Shown: in pieces, positions 1 through 15,000 of the stretch
Position numbering within the stretch: position 1 is the first letter of the stretch
How the letters are laid out: each line of letters starts with the position of its first letter
Origin: Eledone cirrhosa
Lineage: Eukaryota
NCBI GenBank assembly: GCA_964016885.1
Contig: OZ024741.1
Location: 261,950,001-262,014,000, forward strand
Reading direction: 5' to 3'
Length of the DNA stretch: 64,000 nt
Translations under genes and position numbers: made by a program
Notes under the pieces: generated by a model
Told to the model about the DNA's origin: nothing
Databases searched by the model: none
What the model saw: only the letters and a program-made list of their open reading frames with translations

Positions 1-3000
1 CACTATCCTCTACCAGACCGAGGAAGTCTACCTTGCCTCTGATGACACCATCCTCTACCCCACCGAGGAAGTCTACCTTGCCTCTCTTAACACCATCCTC
101 TACACCACCAAGGAAGTCTACCTTGCTTCTGTCAACACCTTCCTCTACCCCACCGAGGAAGTCTACCTTGCCTCTCTTAACACCATCCTCTACCCCAACT
201 AGGAAGTCTACCTTACTTCTGTCAACACCATCCTCTACCCCACCGAGGAAGTCTACCTTGCCTCAGGTGACACCATCCTCTACCCCACCGAGGAAGTCTA
301 CCTTGCCTCTGGTGAAACCATCCTCTACCCAACCAATGAAGTCTACCTTGCTTCTGTCAACACCATCATCTACCCCACCTATGAAGTCTACCTTGCCTCT
401 GACAACACCATCCTCTACCCCACCTATGAAGTCAACCTTGCCTCTGTCAACACCATCCTCTACCGCACCGAGGAAGTCTACCTTTCCTCTGACAACACTA
501 TCCTCTACCCCACCCAGGATGTCTACCTTGCCTCTGTAACACCATCCTCTATCCCACCCACGAAGTCTACCTTGCCTCTAACAACACCATCCTCTACCCC
601 ACCGAGGATGTCAACCTAGCCTCTGTCAACACCATCCTCTACCCCACCGAGGAAGTCTACCTTGCCTCTGTCAACACCATCCTCTACCCCACCGAGGAAG
701 TCTACCTTGCCTCTGTCAACACCATCCTCTACCTCAACGAGGAAGTCTACGGTGCCTCTGGCAACACCTTCCTCTACCCCACCGAGGATGTCAACCTAGC
801 CTCTGTCAACACCATCCTCTACCCCACCGAGGAAGTCTACCTTGCCTCTGTCAACACCATCCTCTACCCCACCGAGGATGTCAACCTAGCCTCTGTCAAC
901 ACCATCCTCTACCCCACCAAGGAAGTCTACCTTGCCTCTGGCAACACCATCCTCTACCCCACCGAGGAAGTCTACCTTGCCTCTGTTAACACCATCCTCT
1001 ACCCCACCGAGGAAGTCTACCGTGCCTCTGGCAACACCATCCTCTACCCCACCGAGGAAGTCTACCGTGCCTCTGGCAACACCATCCTCTACCTCACGAG
1101 GAAGTCTACCTTGCCTCTGGCAACACCATCCTCTACCCCACCGAGGAAGTCTACCGTGCCTCTGGCAACACCATCCTCTACCCCACCGAGGAAGTCTACC
1201 GTGCCTCTGGCAACACCATCCTCTACCTCACGAGGAAGTCTACCTAGCCTCTGTCAACACCATCCTCTACCCCACCGAGGATGTCTACCTTGCCTCTGGC
1301 AACACCATCCTCTACCCCACCGAGGATGTCAACCTAGCCTCTGTCAACACCATCCACTACCCCACCGAGGAATTCTACCTTGCCTCTGGCAACACCATCC
1401 TCTACCCCACCGAGGAAGTCTACCGTGCCTCTGGCAACACCATCCTCTACCCCACCGAGGATGTCAACCTTGCCTCTGATTACACGATCCTCTACCCCAC
1501 CGAGGAAGTCTACCTTGCCTCTGTCAACACCATCCTCTACCCACCGAGGAAGTCTACCTTGCCTCTGTCAACACCATCCTCTACCCCACCGAGGAAGTCT
1601 ACCTTGCCTCTAACAACACCATCCTCTACCCCACCGAGGAAGTCTACCTTGCCTCTGTCAACACCATCCTCTACCCCACCGAGGAAGTCTACCTTGCCTC
1701 TAACAACACCATCCTCTACCCCACCGAGGATGTCAACCTTGCCTCTGTCAACACCATCCTCTACCCCACCGAGGAAGTCTATCTTGCCTCTGACAATACC
1801 ATCCTCTACCCAACCGAGGAAGTCTACCTTGCCTCTGTCAACACCATCCACTACCCCATCGAGGAAGTCTGCCTTGCCTCTGGTGACACCATCCTCTACC
1901 CCACCGAGGATGTCTACCTTGCCTCTGTCAACACCATCCTCTACCCCACCGAGGAAGTCTACCTTGCCTCTGGTGCTACCATCCTCTACCTCACCGAGGA
2001 TGTCTACCTTGCCTCTGTCAACACCATCCTCTACCCCACCGAGGAAGTCTACCTTGCCTCTGTCAACACGATCCTCTACCTCACCGACGAAGTCTACCTT
2101 GCCTCTGTCAACACCATCCTCTACCCCACCGAGGAAGTCTACCTTGCCTCTGTCAACACCATCCTCTACCCCACCGAGGAAGTCTACCTAGCCCCTGTCA
2201 ACACCATCCACTACCCCACCGAGGAATTCTACCTTGCCTCTGTCAACACCATCCTCTACCCCACCGAGGAAGTCTACCGTGCCTCTGGCAACACCATCCT
2301 CTACCTCACCGAGGAAGTTTACCTTGCCTCTGTCAACACCATCCTCTACCCCACCGAGGAAGTCTACCTTGCCTCTAACAACACCATCCTCTACCCCACC
2401 GAGGATGTCAACCTTGCCTCTGTCAACACCATCCTCTACCCCACCGAGGAAGTCTAGATTGCCTCTGATGACACCTTCCTCTACCTCACCAAGGAAGTCT
2501 ACCTTGCCTCTGATGACACCATCCCCTACCCCACCGAGTAAATCAACCTTGCCTCTGTCAACACTATCCTCTACCCGACCGAGGAAGTCTACCTTGCCTC
2601 TGTCAACACCATCCTCTACCCCACCGAGGAAGTCTACCTTGCCTCTGGTGCTACCATCCTCTACCTCACCGAGGATGTCTACCTTGCCTCTGTCAACACC
2701 ATCCTCTACCCCACCGAGGAAGTCTACCTTGCCTCTGTCAACACGATCCTCTACCTCACCGACGAAGTCTACCTTGCCTCTGTCAACACCATCCTCTACC
2801 ACACCGAGGAAGTCTACCTTGCCTCTGTCAACACCATCCTCTACCACACCGAGGAAGTCAACCCTGCCTCTGTCAACACCATCCTCTACCGCACCGAGGA
2901 AGTCTACCTTTCCTCTGACAACACTATCCTCTACCCCACCCAGGATGTCTACCTTGCCTCTGTAACACCATCCTCTATCCCACCCACGAAGTCTACCTTG

Positions 3001-6000
3001 CCTCTAACAACACCATCCTCTACCCCACCGAGGATGTCAACCTAGCCTCTGTCAACACCATCCTCTACCCCACCGAGGAAGTCTACCTTGCCTCTGTTAA
3101 CACCATCCTCTACCCCACCGAGGAAGTCTACCTTGCCTCTAACAACACCATCCTCTACCCCACCGAGGATGTCAACCTTGCCTCTGTCAACACCATCCTC
3201 TACCCCACCGAGGAAGTCTATCTTGCCTCTGACAATACCATCCTCTACCCAACCGAGGAAGTCTACCTTGCCTCTGTCAACACCATCCACTACCCCATCG
3301 AGGAAGTCTACCTTGCCTCTGGTGTCACCATCCTCTACCTCACCGAGGAAGTCTACCTTGCCTCTGTCAACACCATCCTCTACCCCACCGAGGAAGTCTA
3401 CCTTGCCTCTGTCAACACGATCCTCTACCTCACCGACGAAGTCTACCTTGCCTCTGTCAACACCATCCTCTACCCCACCGAGGAAGTCTACCTTGCCTCT
3501 GATGACACCATCCTCTACCCCACCGAGGATGTCTACCTTGCCTCACTCAACACCATCCTCTACCCCACCGAGGTAGTCTACCTTGCCTCTGGTGACACCA
3601 TCCTCTACCCCACCGAGGAAGTCTACCTTGCCTCTGGTGACACCATCCTCTACCCCACCGAGGAAGTCTACCTTGCCTCTGGTGACACCATCCTCTACAC
3701 CACCGAGGAAGTCTACCTTGCCTCTAACAACACCATCCCCTACCCCACCGAGGAAGTCTACCTTGCTTCTGTCAACACTATCCTCTACCCCACCGAGGAA
3801 GTCTACCTTGCCTCTGATGACACCATCCTCTACCCCACCGAGGAAGTCTACCTTGCCTCTGACAACACCATCCTCTACCCCACCTAGGAAGTCTACCTTG
3901 TGTCTGTCAACACCATCCTCTACCCCACCGAGGAAGTCTAACTTGCCTCTGGTGACACCATCCTCTACCCCACCGAGGAAGTCTACCTTGCCTGTGTCAA
4001 CACCATCCTCTACCCCACCGAGGAAGTCTAGCTTGCCTCTCTCATCATCATCCTCTACCCCACCGAGGAAGTCTAACTTGCCTCTTGTGATACCTTCCTC
4101 TACCCCACCGAGGAAGTCTACCTTGCCCCTGTCAACGCCATCCTCTACCCCACCGAGGAAGTTTACCTTGCCTCTGGTGACACCATCCTCTACCCCAACT
4201 AGGAAGTCTACCTTACTTCTGTCAACACCATCCTCTACCCCACCGAGGAAGTCTACCTTGCCTCAGGTGACACCATCCTCTACCCCACCGAGGAAGTCTA
4301 CCTTGCCTCTGGTGACACCACCCTCTACCCCACCGAGGAAGTCTAGCTTGCCTCTGATGACACCATCCTCTACCCCACTGAGGAAGTCTACCTTGCCTCT
4401 GTCAACACTATCCTCTACCAGACCGAGGAAGTCTACCTTGCCTCTGATGACACCATCCTCTACCCCACCGAGGAAGTCTACCTTGCCTCTCTTAACACCA
4501 TCCTCTACACCACCAAGGAAGTCTACCTTGCTTCTGTCAACACCTTCCTCTACCCCACCGAGGAAGTCTACCTTGCCTCTGGTGAAACCATCCTCTACCC
4601 AACCAATGAAGTCTACCTTGCTTCTGTCAACACCATCATCTACCCCACCTATGAAGTCTACCTTGCCTCTGACAACACCATCCTCTACCCCACCTATGAA
4701 GTCAACCTTGCCTCTGTCAACACCATCCTCTACCCCACCGAGGAAGTCTACCTTTCCTCTGACAACACTATCCTCTACCCCACCCAGGATGTCTACCTTG
4801 CCTCTGTAACACCATCCTCTATCCCACCCACGAAGTCTACCTTGCCTCTAACAACACCATCCTCTACCCCACCGAGGATGTCAACCTAGCCTCTGTCAAC
4901 ACCATCCTCTACCCCACCGAGGAAGTCTACCTTGCCTCTGTCAACACCATCCTCTACCCCACCGAGGATGTCAACCTAGCCTCTGTCAACACCATCCACT
5001 ACCCCACCGAGGAATTCTACCTTGCCTCTGTCAACACCATCCTCTACCCCACCGAGGAAGTCTACCGTGCCTCTGGCAACACCATCCTCTACCTCACCGA
5101 GGAAGTCTACCGTGCCTCTGGCAACACCATCCTCTACCCCACCGAGGATGTCAACCTAGCCTCTGTCAACACCATCCTCTACCCCACCGAGGATGTCAAC
5201 CTAGCCTCTGTCAACACCATCCTCTACCCCACCGAGGATGTCAACCTAGCCTCTGTCAACACCATCCTCTACCCCACCGAGGAAGTCTACCTTGCCTCTG
5301 TCAACACCATCCTCTACCCACCGAGGAAGTCTACCTTGCCTCTGTCAACACCATCCTCTACCCACCGAGGAAGTCTACCGTGCCTCTGGCAACACCATCC
5401 TCTACCCCACCGAGGATGTCAACTTAGCCTCTGTCAACACCATCCTCTACCCCACCGAGGAAGTCTACCGTGCCTCTGGCAACACCATCCTCTACCCCAC
5501 CGAGGAAGTTTACCTTGCCTCTGTCAACACCATCCTCTACCCCACCGAGGAAGTCTACCTTGCCTCTAACAACACCATCCTCTACCCCACCGAGGATGTC
5601 AACCTTGCCTCTGTCAACACCATCCTCTACCCCACCGAGGAAGTCTATCTTGCCTCTGACAATACCATCCTCTACCCAACCGAGGAAGTCTACCTTGCCT
5701 CTGTCAACACCATCCACTACCCCATCGAGGAAGTCTGCCTTGCCTCTGGTGACACCATCCTCTACCCCACCGAGGATGTCTACCTTGCCTCTGTCAACAC
5801 CATCCTCTACCCCACCGAGGAAGTCTACCTTGCCTCTGGTGCTACCATCCTCTACCTCACCGAGGATGTCTACCTTGCCTCTGTCAACACCATCCTCTAC
5901 CCCACCGAGGAAGTCTACCTTGCCTCTGTCAACACGATCCTCTACCTCACCGACGAAGTCTACCTTGCCTCTGTCAACACCATCCTCTACCCCACCGAGG

Positions 6001-9000
6001 AAGTCTACCTTGCCTCTGTCAACACCATCCTCTACCCCACCGAGGAAGTCTACCTAGCCCCTGTCAACACCATCCACTACCCCACCGAGGAATTCTACCT
6101 GGCCTCTGTCAACACCATCCTCTACCCCACCGAGGATGTCAACCTTGCCTCTGTCAACACCATCCTCTACCCCACCGAGGAAGTCTAGATTGCCTCTGAT
6201 GACACCTTCCTCTACCTCACCAAGGAAGTCTACCTTGCCTCTGATGACACCATCCCCTACCCCACCGAGTAAATCAACCTTGCCTCTGTCAACACTATCC
6301 TCTACCCGACCGAGGAAGTCTACCTTGCCTCTGTCAACACCATCCTCTACCCCACCGAGGAAGTCTACCTTGCCTCTGGTGCTACCATCCTCTACCTCAC
6401 CGAGGATGTCTACCTTGCCTCTGTCAACACCATCCTCTACCCCACCGAGGAAGTCTACCTTGCCTCTGTCAACACGATCCTCTACCTCACCGACGAAGTC
6501 TACCTTGCCTCTGTCAACACCATCCTCTACCCCACCGAGGAAGTCTACCTTGCCTCTGTCAACACCATCCTCTACCCCACCGAGGAAGTCTACCTTGCCT
6601 CTGTCAACACCATCCTCTACCCCACCGAGGAAGTCTACCTTGCCTCTGTCAACACCATCCTCTACCCCACCGAGGAAGTCTACCTTGCCTCTGTCAACAC
6701 CATCCTCTACCCCACCGAGGAAGTCTACCTTGCCTCTGTCAACACCATCCTCTACCACACCGAGGAAGTCTACCTTGCCTCTGTCAACACCATCCTCTAC
6801 CCCACCGAGGAAGTCTACCTTGCCTCTGTCAACACCATCCTCTACCCCACCGAGGACGTCCACCTTGCCTCTGATGACACCATCCTCTACCCCACCGAGG
6901 AAGTCTACCTTGCCTCTGTCAACACCATCCTCTACCCCACCGAGGAAGTCTACCTTGCCTCTGTCAACACCATCCTCTACCCCACCGAGGAAGTCTACCT
7001 TGCCTCTGTCAACACCATCCTCTACCACACCGAGGAAGTCTACCTTGCCTCTGTCAACACCATCCTCTACCCCACCGAGGAAGTCTACCTTGCCTCTGTC
7101 AACACCATCCTCTACCCCACCGAGGACGTCCACCTTGCCTCTGATGACACCATCCTCTATCCCACCGAGGATGTCAACCTTGCCTCTGTCAACACCATCC
7201 TCTACCGCACCGAGGAAGTCTACCTTGCTCTGTAACACCATCCTCTATCCCACCCACGAAGTCAACCTAGCCTCTGTCAACACCATCCTCTACCCCACCG
7301 AGGAAGTCTACCTTGCCTCTGTCAACACCATCCTCTACCTCACCGAGGATGTCAACCTCGCCTCTGTCAACACCATCCTCTACCCCACCGAGGAAGTCTA
7401 CCTTGCCTCTGTCAACACCATCCTCTACCCCACCGAGGACGTCCACCTTGCCTCTGATGACACCATCCTCTATCCCACCGAGGATGTCAACCTTGCCTCT
7501 GTCAACACCATCCTCTACCGCACCGAGGAAGTCTACCTTGCTCTGTAACACCATCCTCTATCCCACCCACGAAGTCAACCTAGCCTCTGTCAACACCATC
7601 CTCTACCCCACCGAGGAAGTCTACCTTGCCTCTGTCAACACCATCCTCTACCTCACCGAGGATGTCAACCTCGCCTCTGTCAACACCATCCTCTACCCCA
7701 CCGAGGAAGTCTACCTTGCCTCTGATGACACCATCCTCTACCTCACCGAGGAAGTCTACCGTGCCTCTGGCAACACCATCCTCTACCCCACCGAGGATGT
7801 CAACCTAGCCTCTGTCAACACCATCCTCTACCCCACCAAGGAAGTCTACCTTGCCTCTGTCAACACCATCCTCTACCCCACCGAGGATGTCAACCTAGCC
7901 TCTGTCAACACCATCCTCTACCCCACCAAGGAAGCCTACCTTGCCTCTGGCAACACCATCCTCTACCCCACCGAGGAAGTCTACCTTGCCTCTTTTAACA
8001 CCATCCTCTACCCCACCGAGGAAGTCTACCGTGCCTCTGGCAACACCATCCTCTACCCCACCGAGGAAGTCTACCGTGCCTCTGGCAACACCATCCTCTA
8101 CCTCACGAGGAAGTCTACCGTGCCTCTGGCAACACCATCCTCTACCCCACCGAGGATGTCAACCTAGCCTCTGTCAACACCATCCTCTGCCCCACCGAGG
8201 AAGTCTAGCTTGCCGCTCTCATCATCATCCTCTACCCCACCGAGGAAGTCTAACTTGCCTCTTGTGATACCATCCTCTACCCCACCGAGGAAGTCTACCT
8301 TGCCCCTGCCAACACCATCCTCTACCCCACCGAGGAAGTTTACCTTGCCTCTGGTGACACCATCCTCTACCCCAACTAGGAAGTCTACCTTGCTTCTGTC
8401 AACACTATCCTCTACCCCACCGAGGAAGTCTACCTTGCCTCTGGTGACACCATCCTCTACGCCACCGAGGGAGTCTACATTGCCTCTGGTGACACCACCC
8501 TCTACCCCACCGAGAAAGTCTAGCTTGCCTTTGATGACACCATCCTCTACCAGACCGAGGAAGTCTACCTTGCCTCTGATGACACCATCCTCTACCCCAC
8601 CGAGGAAGTCTACCTTGCCTCTCTTAACACCATCCTCTACACCACCAAGGAAGTCTACCTTGCTTCTGTCAACACCATCCTCTACCCCATCGAGGAAGTC
8701 TACCTTGCCTCTGGTGAAACCATCCTCTACCCAACCAATGAAGTCTACCTTGCTTCTGTCAACACCATCATCTACCCCACCTATGAAGTCTACCTTGCCT
8801 CTGACAACACCATCCTCTACCCCACCAAGGAAGTCTACTTTGCCTATGTCAACAACATCCTCTACCCCACCGAGGAACTCTAACTTACCTCTGATGACAT
8901 CATCCTCTACCCCACCGAAGAAGTCTACCTTGCCTCTTTTAAACCCATCCTCTACCCCGACATGGAAGTCTACTTTGCCTCTCACAACACCATCCTCTAC

Positions 9001-12000
9001 CCACCGAGGAATCTACCTTGCCTCTGTCAATACCATCCTCTACCCCACTGAGGAAGTCTATTTGCCTCTTGTGACACTATCCTCTACCCACCGAGGAAGT
9101 CTACCTTGCCTCTGTCAACACCATCCTCTACCCCACCGAGGAAGTCTACTTACCTCTGGTGACACTATCCTCTACCCCGCCGAGGAAGTCTACCTTGCCT
9201 CTGACAACACCATCCTCTACCCCATCGTGGAAGTCTATCTTGCCTCTGACAACACCATCCTCTACCCCACCGAGGAAGTTTACCTTACCTCTGTCAACAC
9301 CATCCTCTACCCCATCGAGGAAGACTACCTTGCCTCTGGTGACACCATCCTCTAGCCCACCGAGGAATTCTACCTTGCCTCTGGTGTCACCATCCTCTAC
9401 CCCACCGAGGAAGTCTACCTTGCCTCAATCAACACCATCCTTTAGCCCAGCGAGTAAATCTACCTTGCCTCTGTCAACACCATCCTCTATCTCACCGAGG
9501 AAGTCTACCTTGCCTCTGTCAACACGATCCTCTACCTCACCGACGAAGTCTACCTTGCCTCTGTCAACACCATACTCTACCCCACCGAGGAAGTCTACCT
9601 TGCCTCTGTCAACACGATCCTCTACCTCACCGACGAAGTCTACCTTGCCTCTGATGACACCATCCTCTAGCCCAGCGAGTAAATCTACCATGCCTCTGGT
9701 GACACCATCCTGTACCCCACCGAGGAAGTATACCTTGCCTCTGGTGAAACCATCCTCTACCCCAACTATGAAATCTACCTTGCCTCTGTCAACACGATCC
9801 TCTACCTCACCGAGGAAGTCTACCTTGCCTTTGGTGACACCATCCTCTACCCCACCGAGGAAGTCTACCTTGCCTCTGTCAACACCATCCTCTACCCCAC
9901 CGAGGAAGTCTAGATTGCCTCTGATGACACCATCCTCTACCTCACCAAGGAAGTCTACCTTGCCTCTGATGACACCATCCCCTACCCCACCGAGTAAATC
10001 AACCTTGCCTCTGTCAAAACTATCCTCTACCCGACCGAGGAAGTCTACCTTGCCTCTGATGACACCATACTCTACCCCACCGAGGATGTCTACCTTGCCT
10101 CTACCAACACCATCCTCTACATCACCGAGGAAGTCTACCTTTCCACTGACAACACCATCCTCTACCCCACCTAGGAAGTCTACCTTGCTTCTGTCAACAC
10201 CATCCTCTACCCCACCGAGGAAGTCTAACTTGCCTCTGGTGACACCATCCTCTACCCCACCTATGAAGTCTACCTGGCGTCTGATGACACCATACTCTAC
10301 CCCACCGAGGATGTCTACCTTGCCTCTACCAACACCATCCTCTACATCACCGAGGAAGTCTACCTTGCCTCTGACAACACCATCCTCTACCCCACCTAGG
10401 AAGTCTACCTTTCTTCTGTCAACACCATCCTCTACCCCACCGAGGAAGTCTACCTTGCCTCTGTCAACACCATCCTCTACCCCATCGAGGAAGTCTACCT
10501 TGCCTCTGGTGACACCATCCTCTAGCCCACCGAGGAAGTCTACCTTGCGTCCTGTGTCACCATCCTCTACCTCACCGAGGAAGTCTACCTTGCCTCTGGG
10601 GAAACCATCCTCTACCCCACCTATGAAATCTACCTTGCCTCTGTCAACACGATCCTCTATCTCAACGAGGAAGTCTACCTTGTCTTTGGTGACACCTTCC
10701 TCTACCCCACCGAGGAAGTCTACCTTGCCTCTGGTGACACCATCCTCTACCCCACCAAGGAAGTCTAGCTTGCCTCTGATGACACCATCCTCTACCTCAC
10801 CGAGGAAGTCTACCTTGCCTCTGATGACACCATCCCCTACCCCACCGAGTAAATCTACCTTGCCTCTACCAACACCATCCTCTACATCACCGAGGAAGTC
10901 TAACTTGCCTCTGTCAACACCATCCTCTACCCCACCGAGGAAGTCTAGCTTGCCTCTCTCATCACCATCCTCTACCCCACCGAGGAAGTCTAACTTCCCT
11001 CTGGTGACACCATCTTCTACCCCACCGAGAAAGTCTACATTGCCCCTGTCAACACCATCCTCTTCCCCACCGAGAAAGTTTACCTTGCCTCTGGTGACAC
11101 CATCCTCTACCCCACCGAGGAAGTCTAACTTGCCTCTATCAATAACATCATCCAAGCCACCGAGGAAGTCTACCTTGCCAATGGTGCCACCATCCCCTAC
11201 CCCACCGAGGAAGTCTACCTTGCCTGTGTCAACACCATCCTCTACCCCACCGAGGAAGTCTATTTACCTCTGGTGACACTATCCTCTACCCCGCCGAGGA
11301 AGTCTACCTTGCCTCTGACAACACCATCCTCTACCCCACCGTGGAAGTCTATCTTGCCTCTGACAACACCATCCTCTACCCCACCGAGGAAGTTTACCTT
11401 ACCTCTGTCAACACCATCCTCTACCCCATCGAGGAAGACTACCTTGCCTCTGGTGACACCATCCTCTAGCCCACCGAGGAATTCTACCTTGCCTCTGGTG
11501 TCACCATCCTCTACCCCACCGAGGAAGTCTACCTTGCCTCAATCAACACCATCCTTTAGCCCAGCGAGTAAATCTACCTTGCCTCTGTCAACACCATCCT
11601 CTATCTCACCGAGGAAGTCTACCTTGCCTCTGTCAACACGATCCTCTACCTCTCGGACGAAGTCTACCTTGCCTCTGTCAACACCATCCTCTACCCCACC
11701 GAGGAAGTCTACCTTGCCTCTGTCAACACGATCCTCTACCTCACCGACGAAGTCTACCTTGCCTCTGATGACACCATCCTCTAGCCCAGCGAGTAAATCT
11801 ACCATGCCTCTGGTGACACCATCCTGTACCCCACCGAGGAAGTCTACCTTGCCTCTGGTGAAACCATCCTCTACCCCAACTATGAAATCTACCTTGCCTC
11901 TGTCAACACGATCCTCTACCTCACCGAGGAAGTCTACCTTGCCTCTGTCAACACCATCCTCTACCCCACCGAGGAAGTCTAGATTGCCTCTGATGACACC

Positions 12001-15000
12001 ATCCTCTACCTCACCAAGGAAGTCTCCCTTGCCTCTGATGACACCATCCCCTACCCCACCGAGTAAATCAACCTTGCCTCTGTCAACACTATCCTCTACC
12101 CGACCGAGGAAGTCTACCTTGCCTCTGATGACACCATACTCTACCCCACCGAGGATGTCTACCTTGCCTCTACCAACACCATCCTCTACATCACCGAGGA
12201 AGTCTACCTTGCCACTGACAACACCATCCTCTACCCCACCTAGGAAGTCTACCTTGCTTCTGTCAACACCATCCTCTACCCCACCGAGGAAGTCTAACTT
12301 GCCTCTGGTGACACCATCCTCTACCCCACCTATGAAGTCTACCTGGCCTCTGATGACACCATACTCTACCCCACCGAGGATGTCTACCTTGCCTCTACCA
12401 ACACCATCCTCTACATCACCGAGGAAGTCTACCTTGTCTCTGACAACACCATCCTCTACCCCACCTAGGAAGTCTACCTTTCTTCTGTCAACACCATCCT
12501 CTACCCCACCGAGGAAGTCTACCTTGCCTCTGTCAACACCATCCTCTACCCCATCGAGGAAGTCTACCTTGCCTCTGGTGACACCATCCTCTAGCCCACC
12601 GAGGAAGTCTACCTTGCGTCCTGTGTCACCATCCTCTACCTCACCGAGGACTCTACCTTGCCTCTGATGACACCATCACCTACCCCACCGAGTAAATCTA
12701 CCTTGCCTCTACCAACACCATCCTCTACATCACCGAGGAAGTCTAACTTGCCTCTGTCAACACCATCCTCTACCCCACCGAGGAAGTCTAGCTTGCCTCT
12801 CTCATCACCATCCTCTACCCCACCGGGGAAGTCTAACTTCCCTCTGGTGACACCATCTTCTACCCCACCGAGAAAGTCTACTTTGCCCCTGTCAACACCA
12901 TCCTCTTCCCCACCGAGAAAGTTTACCTTGCCTCTGGTGACACCATCCTCTACCCCACCGAGGAAGTCTAACTTGCCTCTATCAATACCATCATCCAAGC
13001 CACCAAGGAAGTCCACCTTGCCAATGGTGCCACCATCCCCTACCCCACCGAGGAAGTCTACCTTGCCTGTGTCAACACCATCCTCTACCCCAGCGAGGAA
13101 GTCTACCTTGCCTCTGACAGCAACAACCTCTATCCCACCGAGGAAGTCTACCTTACCTCTGTCAATACCATCATCCACACCACCGAGGAAGTCTACCTTG
13201 TCTCTGTCAACACCTTCCTCTACCCCACCCACGAAGTCTACCTTGCCTCTGATGGCAGCATCCTCTACCCCACCCAGGAAGTCTACCTTGCCTCTGTAAC
13301 ACCATCCTCTATCCCACCCACGATGTCTACCTTGCCTCTAATGACAGCATCCTCTACCCCAAAGAGAAAGTCTACCTTGCCTCTGTCAACACCATCCTCT
13401 ACCCCACCGAGGAAGTCTACCTTGCCTCTGACAACAACATCCTCTATCCCACCGAGGAAGTCTACCTTGCCTCTAACAACACCATCCTCTACCCCACCGA
13501 GGATGTCAACCTTGCCTCTGTCAACACCATCCTCTACCCCACCGAGGAAGTCTATCTAGCCTCTGACAACACCATCCTCTACCCAACCGAGGAAGTCTAC
13601 CTTGCCTCTGTCAACACCATCCACTACCCCATCGAGGAAGTCTACCTTGCCTCTGGTGACACCATCCTCTAGCCCACCGAGGAAGTCTACCTTGCCTCTG
13701 GTGTCACCATCCTCTACCTCACCGAGGTAGTCTACCTTGCCTCTGGTGACACCATCCTCTACCCCACCGAGGAAGTCTACCTTGCTTCTGTCAACACTAT
13801 CCTCTAGCCCACCGAGGAAGTCTACCTTGCCTCTGATGACACCATCGTCTACCCCACCGAGGAAGTCTACCTTGCCTCTGACAACACCATCCTCTACCCC
13901 ACCTAGGAAGACGACCTTGTGTCTGTCAACACCATCCTCTACCCCACCGAGGAAGTCTAACTTGCCTCTGGTGACACCATCCTCTACCCCACCTATGAAG
14001 TCTACCTTGCCTCTGAAAACACCATCCTCTAGCTCACCGAGGAAGTCTACCTTGCCTCTGTCAACACCATCCTCTACCCCACCGAGGAAGTCTAGTTTGC
14101 CTCTCTCATCATCATCCTCTACCCCACCGAGGAAGTCTAACTTGCCTCTTGTGATACCATCCTCTACCCCACCGAGGAAGTCTACCTTGCCCCTGTCAAC
14201 ACCATCCTCTACCCCACCGAGGAAGTTTACCTTGCCTCTGGTGACACCATCCTCTACCCCACCTAGGAAGTCTACCCTGCTTCTGTCAACACCATCCTCT
14301 ACCCCACCGAGGAAGTCTACCTTGCCTCTGGTGACACCATCCTCTACCCCACCGAGGAAGTCTACCTTGCCTCTGATGACACCATCCTCTACCCCACCGA
14401 GGAAGTCTACCTTGCCTCTCTTAACACCATCCTCTACCCCACCAAGGAAGTCTACCTTGCTTCTGTCAACACCATCCTCTACCCCACCGAGGAATTCTAC
14501 CTTGCCTCTGGTGAAACCATCCTCTACCCCAACAATGAAGTCTACCTTACTTCTGTCAACACCATCATCTACCCCACCTATGAAGTCTACTTTGCCTCTG
14601 ACAACACCATCCTCTACCCCACCAAGGAAGTCTACTTTGCCTATGTCAACAACATCCTCTACCCCACCGAGGAACTCTACCTTGCCTCGGATGACATCAT
14701 CTTCTACCCCACCGAAGAAGTCTACCTTGCCTCTTTTAAAACCATCCTCTACCCCGCCATGGAAGTCTACTTTGCCTCTCACAACACCATCCTCTACCCA
14801 CCGAGGAATCTACCTTGCCTCTGTCAATAACATCCTCTACCCCACTGAGGAAGTCTACTTGCCTCTTGTGACACTATCCTCTACCTCACCGAGGAAGTCT
14901 ACCTTGCCTCTGTCAACACCATCCTCTACCCCACCGAGGAAGTCTACTTACCTCTGGTGACACTATCCTCTACCCCGCCGAGGAAGTCTACCTTGCCTCT